A stretch of 64,000 nt of DNA from Gammaproteobacteria bacterium (lineage in GTDB: Bacteria > Pseudomonadota > Gammaproteobacteria > SZUA-140), in contig JACREF010000005.1 of assembly GCA_016218365.1 (NCBI GenBank), forward strand, positions 130 to 64,129. The letters are read 5' to 3'. The notes under the pieces are model-generated. The model had not been told where the DNA came from. It saw nothing but the letters and a program-made list of their open reading frames with translations, and did no database searches. Positions 9,385 to 19,554 of this stretch are shown in pieces (position 1 is the stretch's first letter; each line of letters opens with the position of its first letter). Made by a program: the position numbers and the translations under genes.

Positions 9385-12300
9385 TTATCGTGACGGACTA
9401 CGAGAAACTTGAGAGGCGATGTCATCAAGTCGCCGCTGCAACCTGACCGCCGACACCGCCACCGAGGTCTTAACCCCTTGGGCAAACAGTGAAACTCGCC
9501 ATTCCTCGATCAGCCAGCGACATTCTGCCAACGCCTGGACGTCACCGTGCTGCCGCACCATGTCATCGTAACGTTGCAGGATGGGTATCAGTTCCCTCAT
9601 CCGCCGCCGATCCTGTTCCGGGTTCAGCAGGTAACGCTCCAGCCGGATCCGCGCCGCCGTCAGAAAACGCGGCAGCTGGGCCAGCCATGGCGGCGGGGTC
9701 GCGGTGACAAAACCGGGATAGACCAGCCCGTGCAGCTGGCTGGTCAGATCGGTGACCAACTCACCCCCGGCCACGGACCCCAGCCGACCGGTCACGTCGC
9801 GATAGGCCGCAAGGCACTCGCCCACCAGCGATGCATGCTGCAGCACGGCCAGGCCCCAACCCTGACGGGCGCGCATCACCGCCTGATCAAACGCCATGCG
9901 GTCTAGCGGGATCTCGCCGGCAACAAACAATACGCTGTCCAGCGCCACCGTCATCACCTCATCGAGCAATACCTGGCAATCGCCAACAGTACTGTAGAGC
10001 ATGCACAATCGGGCCGCATCAGGGATGCTGCGGCGCAGGTTCTTGGACAGTGCCGGCTGATCGAGCAAGAACAAACGGCGCACCCCGGCCCGGGTCGAGT
10101 GTTGCGCGGCCAGCGGGTCGGCGAGCAACTTCAGATCCACGCTGTCACCGCGATCGATCAGCGCCGGATAGGCCTTGATCGTGAAGGCGCCCTGCACGAT
10201 CCGGGTCACGGCCGGCAGTTCGGCAAAATCCCAGCGGCGCAGCCCGCTGCGCTCGATGGCCCCGCCCGGCAGCGTCTGCGCCGCTGGCGCACCCTGGGCC
10301 AAGGCCCGCTGCAGCTCCACCAGGTCATGTCCTGACTTGATGACATTGCCGGCGGCATCGATGATGGCAAACTTGCTGCGCAGATATTCCGGCAGATCAT
10401 CCAGCGCAAATTGGCTACGCCGGATGGGCTGTCCGGTGTGGCGGGACAGCCAGGCGGCCAGCACATCATGCAGATTGCCGTCACCATAGCGGACCTCGGC
10501 CATGAAGCGCCGGGCACACTCCGGCAACGGTTGCAGCTGTTTGCGCACCGCCTTGGGCAAGGAACGCAGCAGACACAGCACCGTCTCCGCCAGCAGGCCG
10601 GGCACCGGCCACGACAACACATCACTGGACAACTGCGGCAGTATCGGCAACGGCACGGTGACCGTCACCCCATCCTGTTCACTGCCCGGCTCGAAGCGAT
10701 AGTGCAACGGCAGCTGGTAATCCGGCAACGTCAGCTGCGCCGGGAACTCCGTGACCAGCTGTTCGATGGCCGGGTCGCGCAGCAACTGGCTGCGCTGCAG
10801 ATACAATACTGCCTGTGCATGCTCACCGCCGCGGCGCAGCCAGTCCTCAAGGCTGCGCTGATCGCAGACCTGCGCTGGCAGCTGGGCGGCGAAATGGTCC
10901 TCGATCTGTCGCTCATCGATCATCAGATCGCTGCGCCGCAGCCGCTGCTGCAGCTCATCAATCTCGGCCAGCACGGCCCGATTGTGGCCGACAAACCCGG
11001 CGGTGCTGTCGAGGTCGCAGGCCACCAGTGCATCCTGGATGAAGATCTGGCGTGCCGCCACCGGATCGATGCGTGAATAATTGACCGAACGCTTGGCCAC
11101 CACCGTCAGGCCATACAGGCTGACCTTTTCATAGGCCACGACATGACCGCGCGGCCGGCTCCAGTGCGGGGCCGAATAACTGCGGCGCAGGATATGTGGT
11201 ACCGTCTGTTCCAGCCAGCCAATATCGATCGCCGCCACGGTGCGGGCAAAGATCCGGCTGGTCTCGACGATCTCGGCCGCGACGATCGCCTTCGGCGGTT
11301 TGGCCGCCAGACCGGAGCCCGGAAAGATCGCCAGCTTCGCCCCGCGCGCGCCCTCATATTGACCGCTGTCATCACGCAGTGCCACATGGGATGGCAGGCC
11401 GGCCAGCAGTGACTTGTGGATCTCGTGGTACTGGGCATCGACCTGGTTAACCCGGACACCACGCTCCTTCAGCAAGGCATAGATCTGCTGGTGCAGGTCG
11501 CGCCATTCCTTCATCCGCATATAGTTCAGGTAATGCTGCCGGCAATATTTACGCAGCTTGTGCTGTGACAGCGTGTGATAGAGCTCATCAAAGCTGCCCC
11601 ACAGTTTCAGATAGCTGAGGAAATCAGAACGCTCATCGGCGTACTGGCGATGTTTTTCGTCGGCCTGCCGGGCCTGATCGCCCGGGCGCTCACGCGGGTC
11701 CTGCACCGCCAGCGCGGCGACGATGACCGTCAGTTCCTTCAGGCAGTGCTGCCGCCCCGCCTCGATCAACATCCGGGCCAGCCGGACATCCAGCGGGTAA
11801 CGCGCCAGATCACGGCCCAGCGGCAGCAGCGTGCGTTGCTCATCGACCGCACCAAGCTCATGCAACAATCGATACCCGTCACTGATGTAGCGGTTGTCCG
11901 GCGGATCGAGGAACGGAAAGTTCTCGATCTCGCCCAGCCCCAGCACCCGCATCTGCAGGATGACATTCGACAGGTTGCTGCGCTGGATCTCGGGCAAGGT
12001 AAACGGCGGCCGATTGGCGAAGTCCTCCGCGTCATAGAGGCGGATACACACCCCGGGGGCGATGCGTCCGCAGCGCCCGGCGCGCTGATTGGCCGAGGCC
12101 TGCGAGATCTTCTCGACCGGCAGGCGCTGAATCTTGCTGCGATAGCTGTACTGGCTGATACGTGCCAGGCCCTGATCGACGACATAATGAATGCCAGGCA
12201 CCGTCAACGAGGTCTCGGCGACATTGGTCGCCAGTATGATGCGCCGCCCGGCATGGGCGGCAAACACCTGCTGCTGCTCGGCGACGCTGAGCCGGGCATA

Positions 12301-13281
12301 CAGCGGCAGGATCTGGCAGTGCTCGGGATGATAGTGGCGCAACACCTTGGCGGCCTCGCGGATCTCGCGCTCGCCACTCAAAAATACCAGGATATCGCCG
12401 GGACCGTGACGCGACAGCTCAGCGACGGCATCGACGATCCCCTGCAGCTCATCGCGCCCCTGTTCAGCATCGTCGACCTGCAACGGCCGGTAGCGGATCT
12501 CGACCGGAAAGGCACGACCCGAGACCTCGATCACCGGTGCCTGATCGAAATGACTGGCGAAACGTTCGACATCGATGGTGGCGCTGGTGATGATCAGCTT
12601 CAGGTCCGGGCGACGCGGCAATAGCTGGCGCAGATAGCCGAGCAGAAAATCGATGTTCAGACTGCGCTCATGGGCCTCATCGATGATCAGCGTGTCGTAG
12701 TGGGTCAGCAAGCGGTCAGATTGCAGTTCGGCCAGCAACACGCCATCGGTCATCAGTTTGATGTAGCTGTCCTTGTGGGTCTGGTCACTGAAGCGGACCT
12801 TGTAGCCAACGGCACGCCCGAACGGCAGCTTCAGTTCGTCGGCGATGCGCTGTGCCACGTTGCGGGCGGCGATGCGCCGCGGCTGGGTGTGACCGATCAT
12901 GCCCTCGACACCACGCCCCAGCTCCAGGCAGATCTTGGCCAGCTGCGTGGTCTTGCCTGAACCGGTCTCGCCGCAGATCACGACGACCTGATGGCCGGCG
13001 ATCGCCGCGCTGATCTGCTGGCGCTGCTGTACTACCGGCAGATCGGCAGGGTATTCCGGCCGCGGCAGCCCGGCCAGGCGCTGGGCACGCTGCTGCTGCG
13101 AGGCCTGGATCTCATGTTCGATCCGGGCCAACGCCCGCTCCAGCGGCTGCTGGCGCTGCAGCCGCTGCCGCAACTCGGCGATCCGCGGCAGCAACAGATA
13201 GCGCTCCCTGAGCATGCAGCCCGGCAGGGTGTCCTGCAGCCGGGCAATACGCTCGGCATTCGTCACCGGTTCTCCCATCAC
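9385..13281 (-). CDS. hrpA: ATP-dependent RNA helicase HrpA
   Basis: 1298 aa; DEAH-box helicase motifs GETGSGKTTQ, DEAHERSLNIDFLLG, SATID, QRAGRCGR, plus HA2/OB and HrpA C-terminal region. Confidence 0.9.
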   Translation of the reverse strand: MMGEPVTNAERIARLQDTLPGCMLRERYLLLPRIAELRQRLQRQQPLERALARIEHEIQASQQQRAQRLAGLPRPEYPADLPVVQQRQQISAAIAGHQVVVICGETGSGKTTQLAKICLELGRGVEGMIGHTQPRRIAARNVAQRIADELKLPFGRAVGYKVRFSDQTHKDSYIKLMTDGVLLAELQSDRLLTHYDTLIIDEAHERSLNIDFLLGYLRQLLPRRPDLKLIITSATIDVERFASHFDQAPVIEVSGRAFPVEIRYRPLQVDDAEQGRDELQGIVDAVAELSRHGPGDILVFLSGEREIREAAKVLRHYHPEHCQILPLYARLSVAEQQQVFAAHAGRRIILATNVAETSLTVPGIHYVVDQGLARISQYSYRSKIQRLPVEKISQASANQRAGRCGRIAPGVCIRLYDAEDFANRPPFTLPEIQRSNLSNVILQMRVLGLGEIENFPFLDPPDNRYISDGYRLLHELGAVDEQRTLLPLGRDLARYPLDVRLARMLIEAGRQHCLKELTVIVAALAVQDPRERPGDQARQADEKHRQYADERSDFLSYLKLWGSFDELYHTLSQHKLRKYCRQHYLNYMRMKEWRDLHQQIYALLKERGVRVNQVDAQYHEIHKSLLAGLPSHVALRDDSGQYEGARGAKLAIFPGSGLAAKPPKAIVAAEIVETSRIFARTVAAIDIGWLEQTVPHILRRSYSAPHWSRPRGHVVAYEKVSLYGLTVVAKRSVNYSRIDPVAARQIFIQDALVACDLDSTAGFVGHNRAVLAEIDELQQRLRRSDLMIDERQIEDHFAAQLPAQVCDQRSLEDWLRRGGEHAQAVLYLQRSQLLRDPAIEQLVTEFPAQLTLPDYQLPLHYRFEPGSEQDGVTVTVPLPILPQLSSDVLSWPVPGLLAETVLCLLRSLPKAVRKQLQPLPECARRFMAEVRYGDGNLHDVLAAWLSRHTGQPIRRSQFALDDLPEYLRSKFAIIDAAGNVIKSGHDLVELQRALAQGAPAAQTLPGGAIERSGLRRWDFAELPAVTRIVQGAFTIKAYPALIDRGDSVDLKLLADPLAAQHSTRAGVRRLFLLDQPALSKNLRRSIPDAARLCMLYSTVGDCQVLLDEVMTVALDSVLFVAGEIPLDRMAFDQAVMRARQGWGLAVLQHASLVGECLAAYRDVTGRLGSVAGGELVTDLTSQLHGLVYPGFVTATPPPWLAQLPRFLTAARIRLERYLLNPEQDRRRMRELIPILQRYDDMVRQHGDVQALAECRWLIEEWRVSLFAQGVKTSVAVSAVRLQRRLDDIASQVSRSPSR

Positions 13282-14535
13282 TCAATGCCCGGCTGTGACA
13301 CGCGCCACCATGTCATCAAGGGTTGTCCGAACATCCTGGCCGCGACGGGCCGCGGCAAAGGCCTGCCGCAACGCCAGCGCCAGTTGTGGATACTGTGCCC
13401 CGCGCCGCCAATCGATCACCGTGCTCTGCGCCAGCCGCTGCAACCGCTGCAGATTCGGATCACTGGCCATCAGCTGTGAACTGGACACTGCGCTGCGGGT
13501 GACCGGCAACGTACCGCTGCTGTCGGTGATGCGCAGCATCTCGGCAGGCTGCAGCAGGAATTCGATGAAGCGGATCGCGGCCCGCGGATCCTTGCAGCGC
13601 GTGGACAGCGCCCAACCCCAGTTGTCATGGACGCTGCGTATGCCATGGCCGAAATCCGGCAACGGCAGCACCAATAGATCATCAGCAGCGGCGGCCCGGT
13701 AACGCAGATAATGCGATTGATCAGCTATCGAGACCGCCACCCGCCCGTTGACAAACGCAAGGTCATCCCCGTTGCCATCGACACTGCCCTGCCGCAGCCA
13801 ATGCTGCAGCTGCGTCAACACCCGCACTGCACCCTCGTCATTCAGCGCCCCGCGGCTGTGATCGGCCAGCGCGTCGGCATTGATGTCGACACCGGCCGAT
13901 TGCAGCAGCGGCATCAACAGCGAACTGATCCAGTCATCACTCCGGTTTAACTGCAGATCGAGCACCGCATGATCGGCATCGTGTTCCGCCAGCCGCGCCA
14001 GCACCCGCGAGAATTCAGCCGCGCTCCAGCCCTGCCCCGCCGCCGGTATCATCACCCCGGCCGCCTGCAGCTGACTGCGCCGCACATACATCGCGATCAC
14101 CGCATCATCGCTGGCCACCTGATACAGATGCCCCTGGGACATGCCTTGCTGCATCACCTCCGGCAACAGATCCACCTGGGTCCCCTCGGTCAGCTGCTTG
14201 TCGAGTCTCAACAAGCGCTCGCCGGAGATGGCGCGGGAAAACAATGCGGCATCGACCTCCAGGATATCCGGCAAGCGGCCATCTGCCAGCGCGGCATTGA
14301 CCTGGGCATGATAATTACCGGCCGGCAACACCACAACGTTGATACGCTGGCGGCGCTGGCTGGCATTAAAGCGGGCGACCTGTCCCTGCAGCGTCTGCAG
14401 TCTGGCAGCGCTGCCGCCGTGCATCCACACCTCCAGTTCGGTGACAGCATGTGGCGCCTGCCGGTCCTCGTCACAGGCGACCAACAGACCGAAGGTGATG
14501 ACCAGCAACGGCCACAGGCAATACATTCTGTTCAT
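13282..14535 (-). CDS. Extracellular solute-binding protein (ABC transporter substrate-binding, family 1), lipoprotein
   Basis: Probable true start MNRMYCLWPLLVITFGLLVAC (lipobox) ~14535; ORF-track start 14664 is an extension; no cognate permease/ATPase adjacent. Confidence 0.65.
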   Translation of the reverse strand: MNRMYCLWPLLVITFGLLVACDEDRQAPHAVTELEVWMHGGSAARLQTLQGQVARFNASQRRQRINVVVLPAGNYHAQVNAALADGRLPDILEVDAALFSRAISGERLLRLDKQLTEGTQVDLLPEVMQQGMSQGHLYQVASDDAVIAMYVRRSQLQAAGVMIPAAGQGWSAAEFSRVLARLAEHDADHAVLDLQLNRSDDWISSLLMPLLQSAGVDINADALADHSRGALNDEGAVRVLTQLQHWLRQGSVDGNGDDLAFVNGRVAVSIADQSHYLRYRAAAADDLLVLPLPDFGHGIRSVHDNWGWALSTRCKDPRAAIRFIEFLLQPAEMLRITDSSGTLPVTRSAVSSSQLMASDPNLQRLQRLAQSTVIDWRRGAQYPQLALALRQAFAAARRGQDVRTTLDDMVARVTAGH

Positions 14536-14642
14536 CGACCATCCAGTTGTCAGCAACGGCGCATATCCAGCGCAGTGCTGTTGTTTTATACTCATTGCAT
14601 AGGTTATACATTTTTCCCCGCCACCAGAAGCAGGTCCGTCCG

Positions 14643-15503
14643 ATGAATCAGCTCGATGCCGCACAGATCAAGCAGGGACAGCAGCGCGACTGGAACAGTG
14701 TGGCCGGCGGCTGGGAACGCTGGTGGCCGGCGCTGGAGGCGGGTGCCGCCCATGTCAGTCAGCGGCTGCTCGACGCGGCCGCGGTGCGCAGCGGCGGCCG
14801 GGTCCTCGATGTCGCCACCGGCATCGGAGAACCGGCGCTCTCTGCCGCGCGGCGGGTAGGCGACACCGGACATGTGCTGGCTATCGATCAGGCGGCTGAC
14901 ATGCTGGCCATCGCCCGCCGCCGCGCCGCGACGGCCGGCGTCACCAACGTGGAATTTCTGCACAGTGACGGTGAAGGACTGCCGCCAGGGCTGCCACCCT
15001 TCGATGCCATCGTCTGCCGCTGGGGCCTGATGTTCTTCCCCGATCCGGGACAGGCGCTGCGCTCACTGCACCCGCTGCTGTTGCCGGGCGGCCGGATCGC
15101 CGCCACGGTTTGGTCGACAGCCGATCGCGTGCCATCGATCAGCCTGCCGCTGCAGATCGTCTCGGCGGTACTGGACCTGCCACCGCCACCACCGGGCCGG
15201 CCGAATCCATTCAGCCTGGCGGATCACGGCCTTCTCCACACGCTGTTTGCTGACGCCGGCTTCACTGACATCATTATTGATACCCTGCCGGTGACCTTCA
15301 CCATGCCATCGGCCGCGGACTATACCCGGTTTACACTGGATATCTCGGCACCGCTGGTCGCACTGCTGGCCGGTTATGACGAGACCCGACGCCAGCAGGC
15401 CATCGCTGCGATCACCGCCCGCATCGCCGGGCTCGCCGCGGCCGATGGCGCGATCAGACTGCAGAGTGAAGCCATCCTCATCAGTGCGATGCGCCCTATC
15501 TGA
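14643..15503 (+). CDS. Class I SAM-dependent methyltransferase
   Basis: Motif VLDVATGIGEPALSAA (motif I), LLLPGGRIAATVW; likely start MNQLDAAQIKQ at ~14643. Confidence 0.7.
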   Translation: MNQLDAAQIKQGQQRDWNSVAGGWERWWPALEAGAAHVSQRLLDAAAVRSGGRVLDVATGIGEPALSAARRVGDTGHVLAIDQAADMLAIARRRAATAGVTNVEFLHSDGEGLPPGLPPFDAIVCRWGLMFFPDPGQALRSLHPLLLPGGRIAATVWSTADRVPSISLPLQIVSAVLDLPPPPPGRPNPFSLADHGLLHTLFADAGFTDIIIDTLPVTFTMPSAADYTRFTLDISAPLVALLAGYDETRRQQAIAAITARIAGLAAADGAIRLQSEAILISAMRPI

Positions 15504-15523
15504 GCAGCTACACCCGGCGGCCA

Positions 15524-17416
15524 TTACCGGGCCTGGGCCGCGGTCAACAGATTCACGATCTCCTTGTAACCATTGCGCGTGGCCACGGCGAGCGCACTGT
15601 CGCCATGGGCCGCGCCCAGCCCGACATCGGCACCATGGGCCAGCAGGCGCCGCACCACCTCGGCATGGCCACCACGCGCGGCATGGATCAAGGCCGTCCG
15701 GCCTCCTTCATTGTTCGCCTGTCCATAGGGGCGGCTCTGACCATCGATGGCATTGACATCGGCGCCGCGCTGCAGCAACAGTTCGACGACGGTATCGTGA
15801 CCATTCATTGCCGCCAGCATCAACGGTGTCCGGCCCTCATTGTCCCGGCTGTCCACCACGCTGTCCTGGTCCAGCAATGCCGTCACCGCATCCAGATTAC
15901 CGTTGGCCGCAGACCAGGACAACGCGACCCGGCCCTGCGGATCGCGCAGGCCGGCATGGGCGCCACGCTGCAGTAACACCCGTACCGTACCCGCGTTGTT
16001 ATTCATCGCGGCCTCGATCAGCAAGGTGCGGGACTGCTCCTGGCGCAATATGCTGGCGATAAAGAAATCATTGTATTCAGTGGCGATCGGCAGATCGGGA
16101 TCGAGACCATGATCAAGCAGCAGTGTCATGATCTCGCTGTGGCCCAGCCGCGCCGCCAGCAGGCCCGGTGTCTCGGCCTGGCGATTCGGCAGATTGACGT
16201 CGGCACCATGGGTCAGCAGCAGATCGACCACGGCGCTGTGGCCATTGCGCACCGCCGTCAGCAGCGGTGTATCACCACGTCCGGCCTCACGCTGCAGCAC
16301 CTTGCTGCGCTCCGGCAAGGCCGCGTTCGCCAGCCGCTGTTCCGAGACCCCGCGGCCGGCACGGTTGACGCCGGCCCCTTCCTTGATCAGCATCCCGGCG
16401 ATCGTCAGATAACCCCTGGTGGCCGCCATCAGCAAGGCCGACACCCCCTGTTCCATCGCATCGGGATCGACATGGTTGTTCTGGCGGTTAGCCAGCAACT
16501 CCTGCACCTTCGGCTGGTCATTAAATTCGACGGCGCGCAGCAAGGCCTGGTTATTGTCCAGGCCGGCATAACGCCGGCCATCCCGCGCCCCGGCCTGATC
16601 GAGCACGGCTGCGATATCCAGATAACCGCGATCACGTGCCAGCGACAAGGCCGTGTCGCCGTTGGCCCGCTCCACATTGGGATCGGCACCCGCCGCCAGC
16701 AGCGCACGCACCATCGGCAGCCACTGCGCCCCGTCCTCACCCTGCACACCGTGCTGGGCGGCAAACATCAGCGGGGTAAAGCCGCGATATTCCTGACGGC
16801 CGGTGCGCAACGACAGATTGGGGTTGGCACCACGTTCCAGCAATTTGCTGACGATCGCCAGCTGGCCATATTTGACCGCGTAAAACAACGCATGTTCACC
16901 ATCGGCATTCCTGACATTGACGTCGGCCTTCGCCTCAAGCAGCGCATCGGCAATCGCGGCATCGCCGCGGGTGCTGACCACCATCAGTGCGGTCGTGCCA
17001 TCACGTGACTGGGCATTGACGTTGGCCCGGTGCTGCAACAGATCGCGAACGATGGCACGGTGACCGGCCCCGACCGCGGCCAGCAAGGCCGTATTGCCCA
17101 GCGCATCGCGGCCCTCGGTATCAACCTGCTGTTCAAGCAACTGATGGACCATCTCCTGCTGACCATACCGGGCGGCCATCACGAGCCGGGTGTCGCCCGC
17201 ACCATCCTCTTTCTGGGCGCTGTCTCTGCCCGATATGGCATTAGCCGGTGCGGCCCGCGCCGGTAGCTCCTCCACCTTGCCGGCGCGGAGCGCCTCGCGT
17301 TTGGCCAGGGCCTCGGACTTGATCCGCTCGGCAACACGGTTGTCCACGGTGCTGCAGCCAGCCAGTGCCACGAGCACCAGCAGCACGATACAACGCAGTG
17401 GCAGGCGGCAGGTCAT
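15524..17416 (-). CDS. Ankyrin-repeat lipoprotein (>=14 ANK repeats)
   Basis: 630 aa; signal peptide + lipobox LAGCST; repeated G-TALM/L-AA--GH---V--LL--GADVN units throughout. Confidence 0.8.
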   Translation of the reverse strand: MTCRLPLRCIVLLVLVALAGCSTVDNRVAERIKSEALAKREALRAGKVEELPARAAPANAISGRDSAQKEDGAGDTRLVMAARYGQQEMVHQLLEQQVDTEGRDALGNTALLAAVGAGHRAIVRDLLQHRANVNAQSRDGTTALMVVSTRGDAAIADALLEAKADVNVRNADGEHALFYAVKYGQLAIVSKLLERGANPNLSLRTGRQEYRGFTPLMFAAQHGVQGEDGAQWLPMVRALLAAGADPNVERANGDTALSLARDRGYLDIAAVLDQAGARDGRRYAGLDNNQALLRAVEFNDQPKVQELLANRQNNHVDPDAMEQGVSALLMAATRGYLTIAGMLIKEGAGVNRAGRGVSEQRLANAALPERSKVLQREAGRGDTPLLTAVRNGHSAVVDLLLTHGADVNLPNRQAETPGLLAARLGHSEIMTLLLDHGLDPDLPIATEYNDFFIASILRQEQSRTLLIEAAMNNNAGTVRVLLQRGAHAGLRDPQGRVALSWSAANGNLDAVTALLDQDSVVDSRDNEGRTPLMLAAMNGHDTVVELLLQRGADVNAIDGQSRPYGQANNEGGRTALIHAARGGHAEVVRRLLAHGADVGLGAAHGDSALAVATRNGYKEIVNLLTAAQAR

Positions 17417-17422
17417 CGCGCC

Positions 17423-17743
17423 TCAGTACCTCGGCATGTCAGGATCGACACTGCACGCCCAGGCATCGACACCACCGCTCAGATTGAACACATTGGTGAA
17501 ACCCTGCTGCTCAAGAAACATTGCCACCCGCATGCTGCGCCCGCCATGGTGGCAGATCACCACCAGCTCCTGGTCGGCATCCAGTTCACTGACCCGTGAC
17601 GGCACCTCGCGCATCGGGATATTGACCGCGCCGATGATATGGCAGATCTCGAATTCAAAGGGCTCCCGGACATCGAGCAACAACGGCGGCCGGGCGGCCG
17701 CACTCAATGTCTGCTGCAACGCCGCTGGCGTCATTTCCTTCAT
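17423..17743 (-). CDS. Rhodanese-domain sulfurtransferase (GlpE-like, single domain)
   Basis: 106 aa; LLDVREPFEF, active-site loop VVICHHGGRS. Confidence 0.85.
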   Translation of the reverse strand: MKEMTPAALQQTLSAAARPPLLLDVREPFEFEICHIIGAVNIPMREVPSRVSELDADQELVVICHHGGRSMRVAMFLEQQGFTNVFNLSGGVDAWACSVDPDMPRY

Positions 17744-17834
17744 CTCTACCCTCCACGCTACAGACCCGCTACACTAAAATGGGGTAAGCTGGCCACTAAT
17801 CAACCGCGCACCATCAACCCACGGAAGCCACACC

Positions 17835-18110
17835 ATGATCCTAAATTATCAGGAAGACCTGGTAAAGCAGGCCTTGCAGGAGATGATCAGCAGCCTGGAC
17901 CTGTCGCTCGCCATCGACAGCATCGAAGACATCAGCTGCCTGGCGCTGAACAGGTTGCCGGCACGTTACATCCGCCATCGGGTCGACAATACCTTTTATA
18001 TGACGATCGGTGAACAGCAGCGTTTGCAACAGGCCGCCCGCCGTGCGGTGCTCGAGGCCTGGCAATTCATCAATCAGCCCGGCAGCCGCAAACCTGAATC
18101 GCAGACCTGA
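17835..18110 (+). CDS. Small protein, possibly ComFB-like (late competence development protein family)
   Basis: 91 aa; ...CLALNRLPARYIRH... resembles ComFB ALN-LPP-YV signature; weak. Confidence 0.4.
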   Translation: MILNYQEDLVKQALQEMISSLDLSLAIDSIEDISCLALNRLPARYIRHRVDNTFYMTIGEQQRLQQAARRAVLEAWQFINQPGSRKPESQT

Positions 18111-18114
18111 ACGC

Positions 18115-18777
18115 TCAGCGCTGAGCCGGCGCCAGCAGCCAGGCCGATTCCTGCAAGCGGGTCAAGCCACGTTCGCGAAAACGCGGCTGTTCCGCCAGCA
18201 CGTCGGCACAACACAACGGCATGACTGTTCGCCATGACCCATACAGCGCCGTCACCTCCTCGTCCGGCACCGCAAACGGCGGGCCCTCCATCTCGTGCTG
18301 CGGATAATTGATGGTCACCAGCAGGATCCGTGCCTGCGGCGGCAGGATCCGGCGCAGCTGTTCGACATAACGGGCACGCAGCGGCGGCGGCAGTGCAATC
18401 AGTGCTGCACGATCGAACACCGCCGTGACGCCGGCCAGGTCAGCGGCAGTCAATGAGAAGAAATCCCCGCACAGCAACTGAATGTCATCGTGCTGCCAGC
18501 AGGTGAAATGACCGTGTGACCGGCGCTGCGCCGCCAGCGCATGGTCAGTGAAGAATCCCTCGACCGCCTGCGGGCTGAGCTCAACACCCAGCACCGCATG
18601 TCCCAGCTGATACAGCCACAGCATATCGAGCGACTTGCCGCACAACGGCACAAACACCCGGCTGCCCGGGGCCAGCTGCAGCTGCGGCCAGTAGCGTTGC
18701 AGATAGGGATTGATGTCGGATTGATGAAAGCCGATCTCGCCCTTGCGCCAGCGTTCAAGCCAGAATTCCTGTTCCAT
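18115..18777 (-). CDS. tpm: Thiopurine S-methyltransferase
   Basis: 220 aa; N-terminus FWLERWRKGEIGFHQ, VFVPLCGKSLDM, overall TPMT-family signature. Confidence 0.85.
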   Translation of the reverse strand: MEQEFWLERWRKGEIGFHQSDINPYLQRYWPQLQLAPGSRVFVPLCGKSLDMLWLYQLGHAVLGVELSPQAVEGFFTDHALAAQRRSHGHFTCWQHDDIQLLCGDFFSLTAADLAGVTAVFDRAALIALPPPLRARYVEQLRRILPPQARILLVTINYPQHEMEGPPFAVPDEEVTALYGSWRTVMPLCCADVLAEQPRFRERGLTRLQESAWLLAPAQR

Positions 18778-18792
18778 GTCAGTTCCCCTCTG

Positions 18793-19554
18793 TCAGTTCC
18801 TGAGCTTATAACCGCTGGCCAGCAACCGGATCACCCAGGCCGACAGCAGCAGCCATGACAGCGTCACGACGCCCAGGCTCAACCCCACGCTGACATCGGA
18901 CTGGCCGAAGAAGCCATAACGGAAGCCGTCAATCATATAGAAGAACGGATTGAGGTGCGACAGCCGTTGCCAGAACGGCGGCAGCGAATGCAGCGAATAG
19001 AACACACCACTCAGAAAGGTCAGCGGCACGATGACAAAGTTCTGGAAACCGGCCAGCTGGTCGAACTTCTCGGCCCACATGCCGACCAGCAGGCGGAGCG
19101 TCGCCAGCATTGCGCTGCCGAGGAAGGCGAACAACAGCAGCACCGTCACGCTGTGCAGCGGCACCGTGATGAACAGCATCGCGACCAGGTAGACACCGCA
19201 ACCGACCAGCATACCGCGCACCACCGCCGCCAGCACAAAGGCCAGATAGACCTCAAGGTGCGACAGCGGCGCCAGCAGCATGAACACGATATTGCCGGTG
19301 ACCTTGGACTGGATCAGGCTCGATGAGCTGTTGGCGAAGGCGTTCTGGATCACCGTCATCATCACCAGCCCCGGCACCAGGAACGCGGTATAACTGACGC
19401 CGGGGAAGGCCTGCACGTGCTCGTCGAGCACCTGCGAGAACACCAGCAGATACAATAAGGATGTAATCACCGGGGCCAGCAGCGTCTGCAATGCCACCTT
19501 GTAGAAGCGCAGCATCTCCTTGTAGAACAGCGTCGCAAAGCCGCGCGGGTTCAT
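18793..19554 (-). CDS. ABC-2 type transporter permease
   Basis: True start MNPRGFATLFYKEMLRFYKV ~19554 (ATGA overlap with upstream ATPase gene); 6 TM ABC-2 pattern. Confidence 0.8.
   Translation of the reverse strand: MNPRGFATLFYKEMLRFYKVALQTLLAPVITSLLYLLVFSQVLDEHVQAFPGVSYTAFLVPGLVMMTVIQNAFANSSSSLIQSKVTGNIVFMLLAPLSHLEVYLAFVLAAVVRGMLVGCGVYLVAMLFITVPLHSVTVLLLFAFLGSAMLATLRLLVGMWAEKFDQLAGFQNFVIVPLTFLSGVFYSLHSLPPFWQRLSHLNPFFYMIDGFRYGFFGQSDVSVGLSLGVVTLSWLLLSAWVIRLLASGYKLRN

Noticed and set aside
11575-12624. 349-aa plus-strand ORF inside hrpA (and similar long antisense ORFs: 16109-17008 in the ankyrin gene, 30509-31870 in uup, 33681-35201 in cbbM, 36511-37677 in cbbO, 50666-51610 in gmd, 58094-59248 in rpsA, 20741-21334/21350-22138 in gdh, 5766-6317/6498-7094 in the Lon-like gene)
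   Set aside because: High-GC antisense-frame artefacts: low-complexity Arg/Ala/Gln/Pro-rich translations with no domain signatures, fully contained within well-supported genes on the other strand
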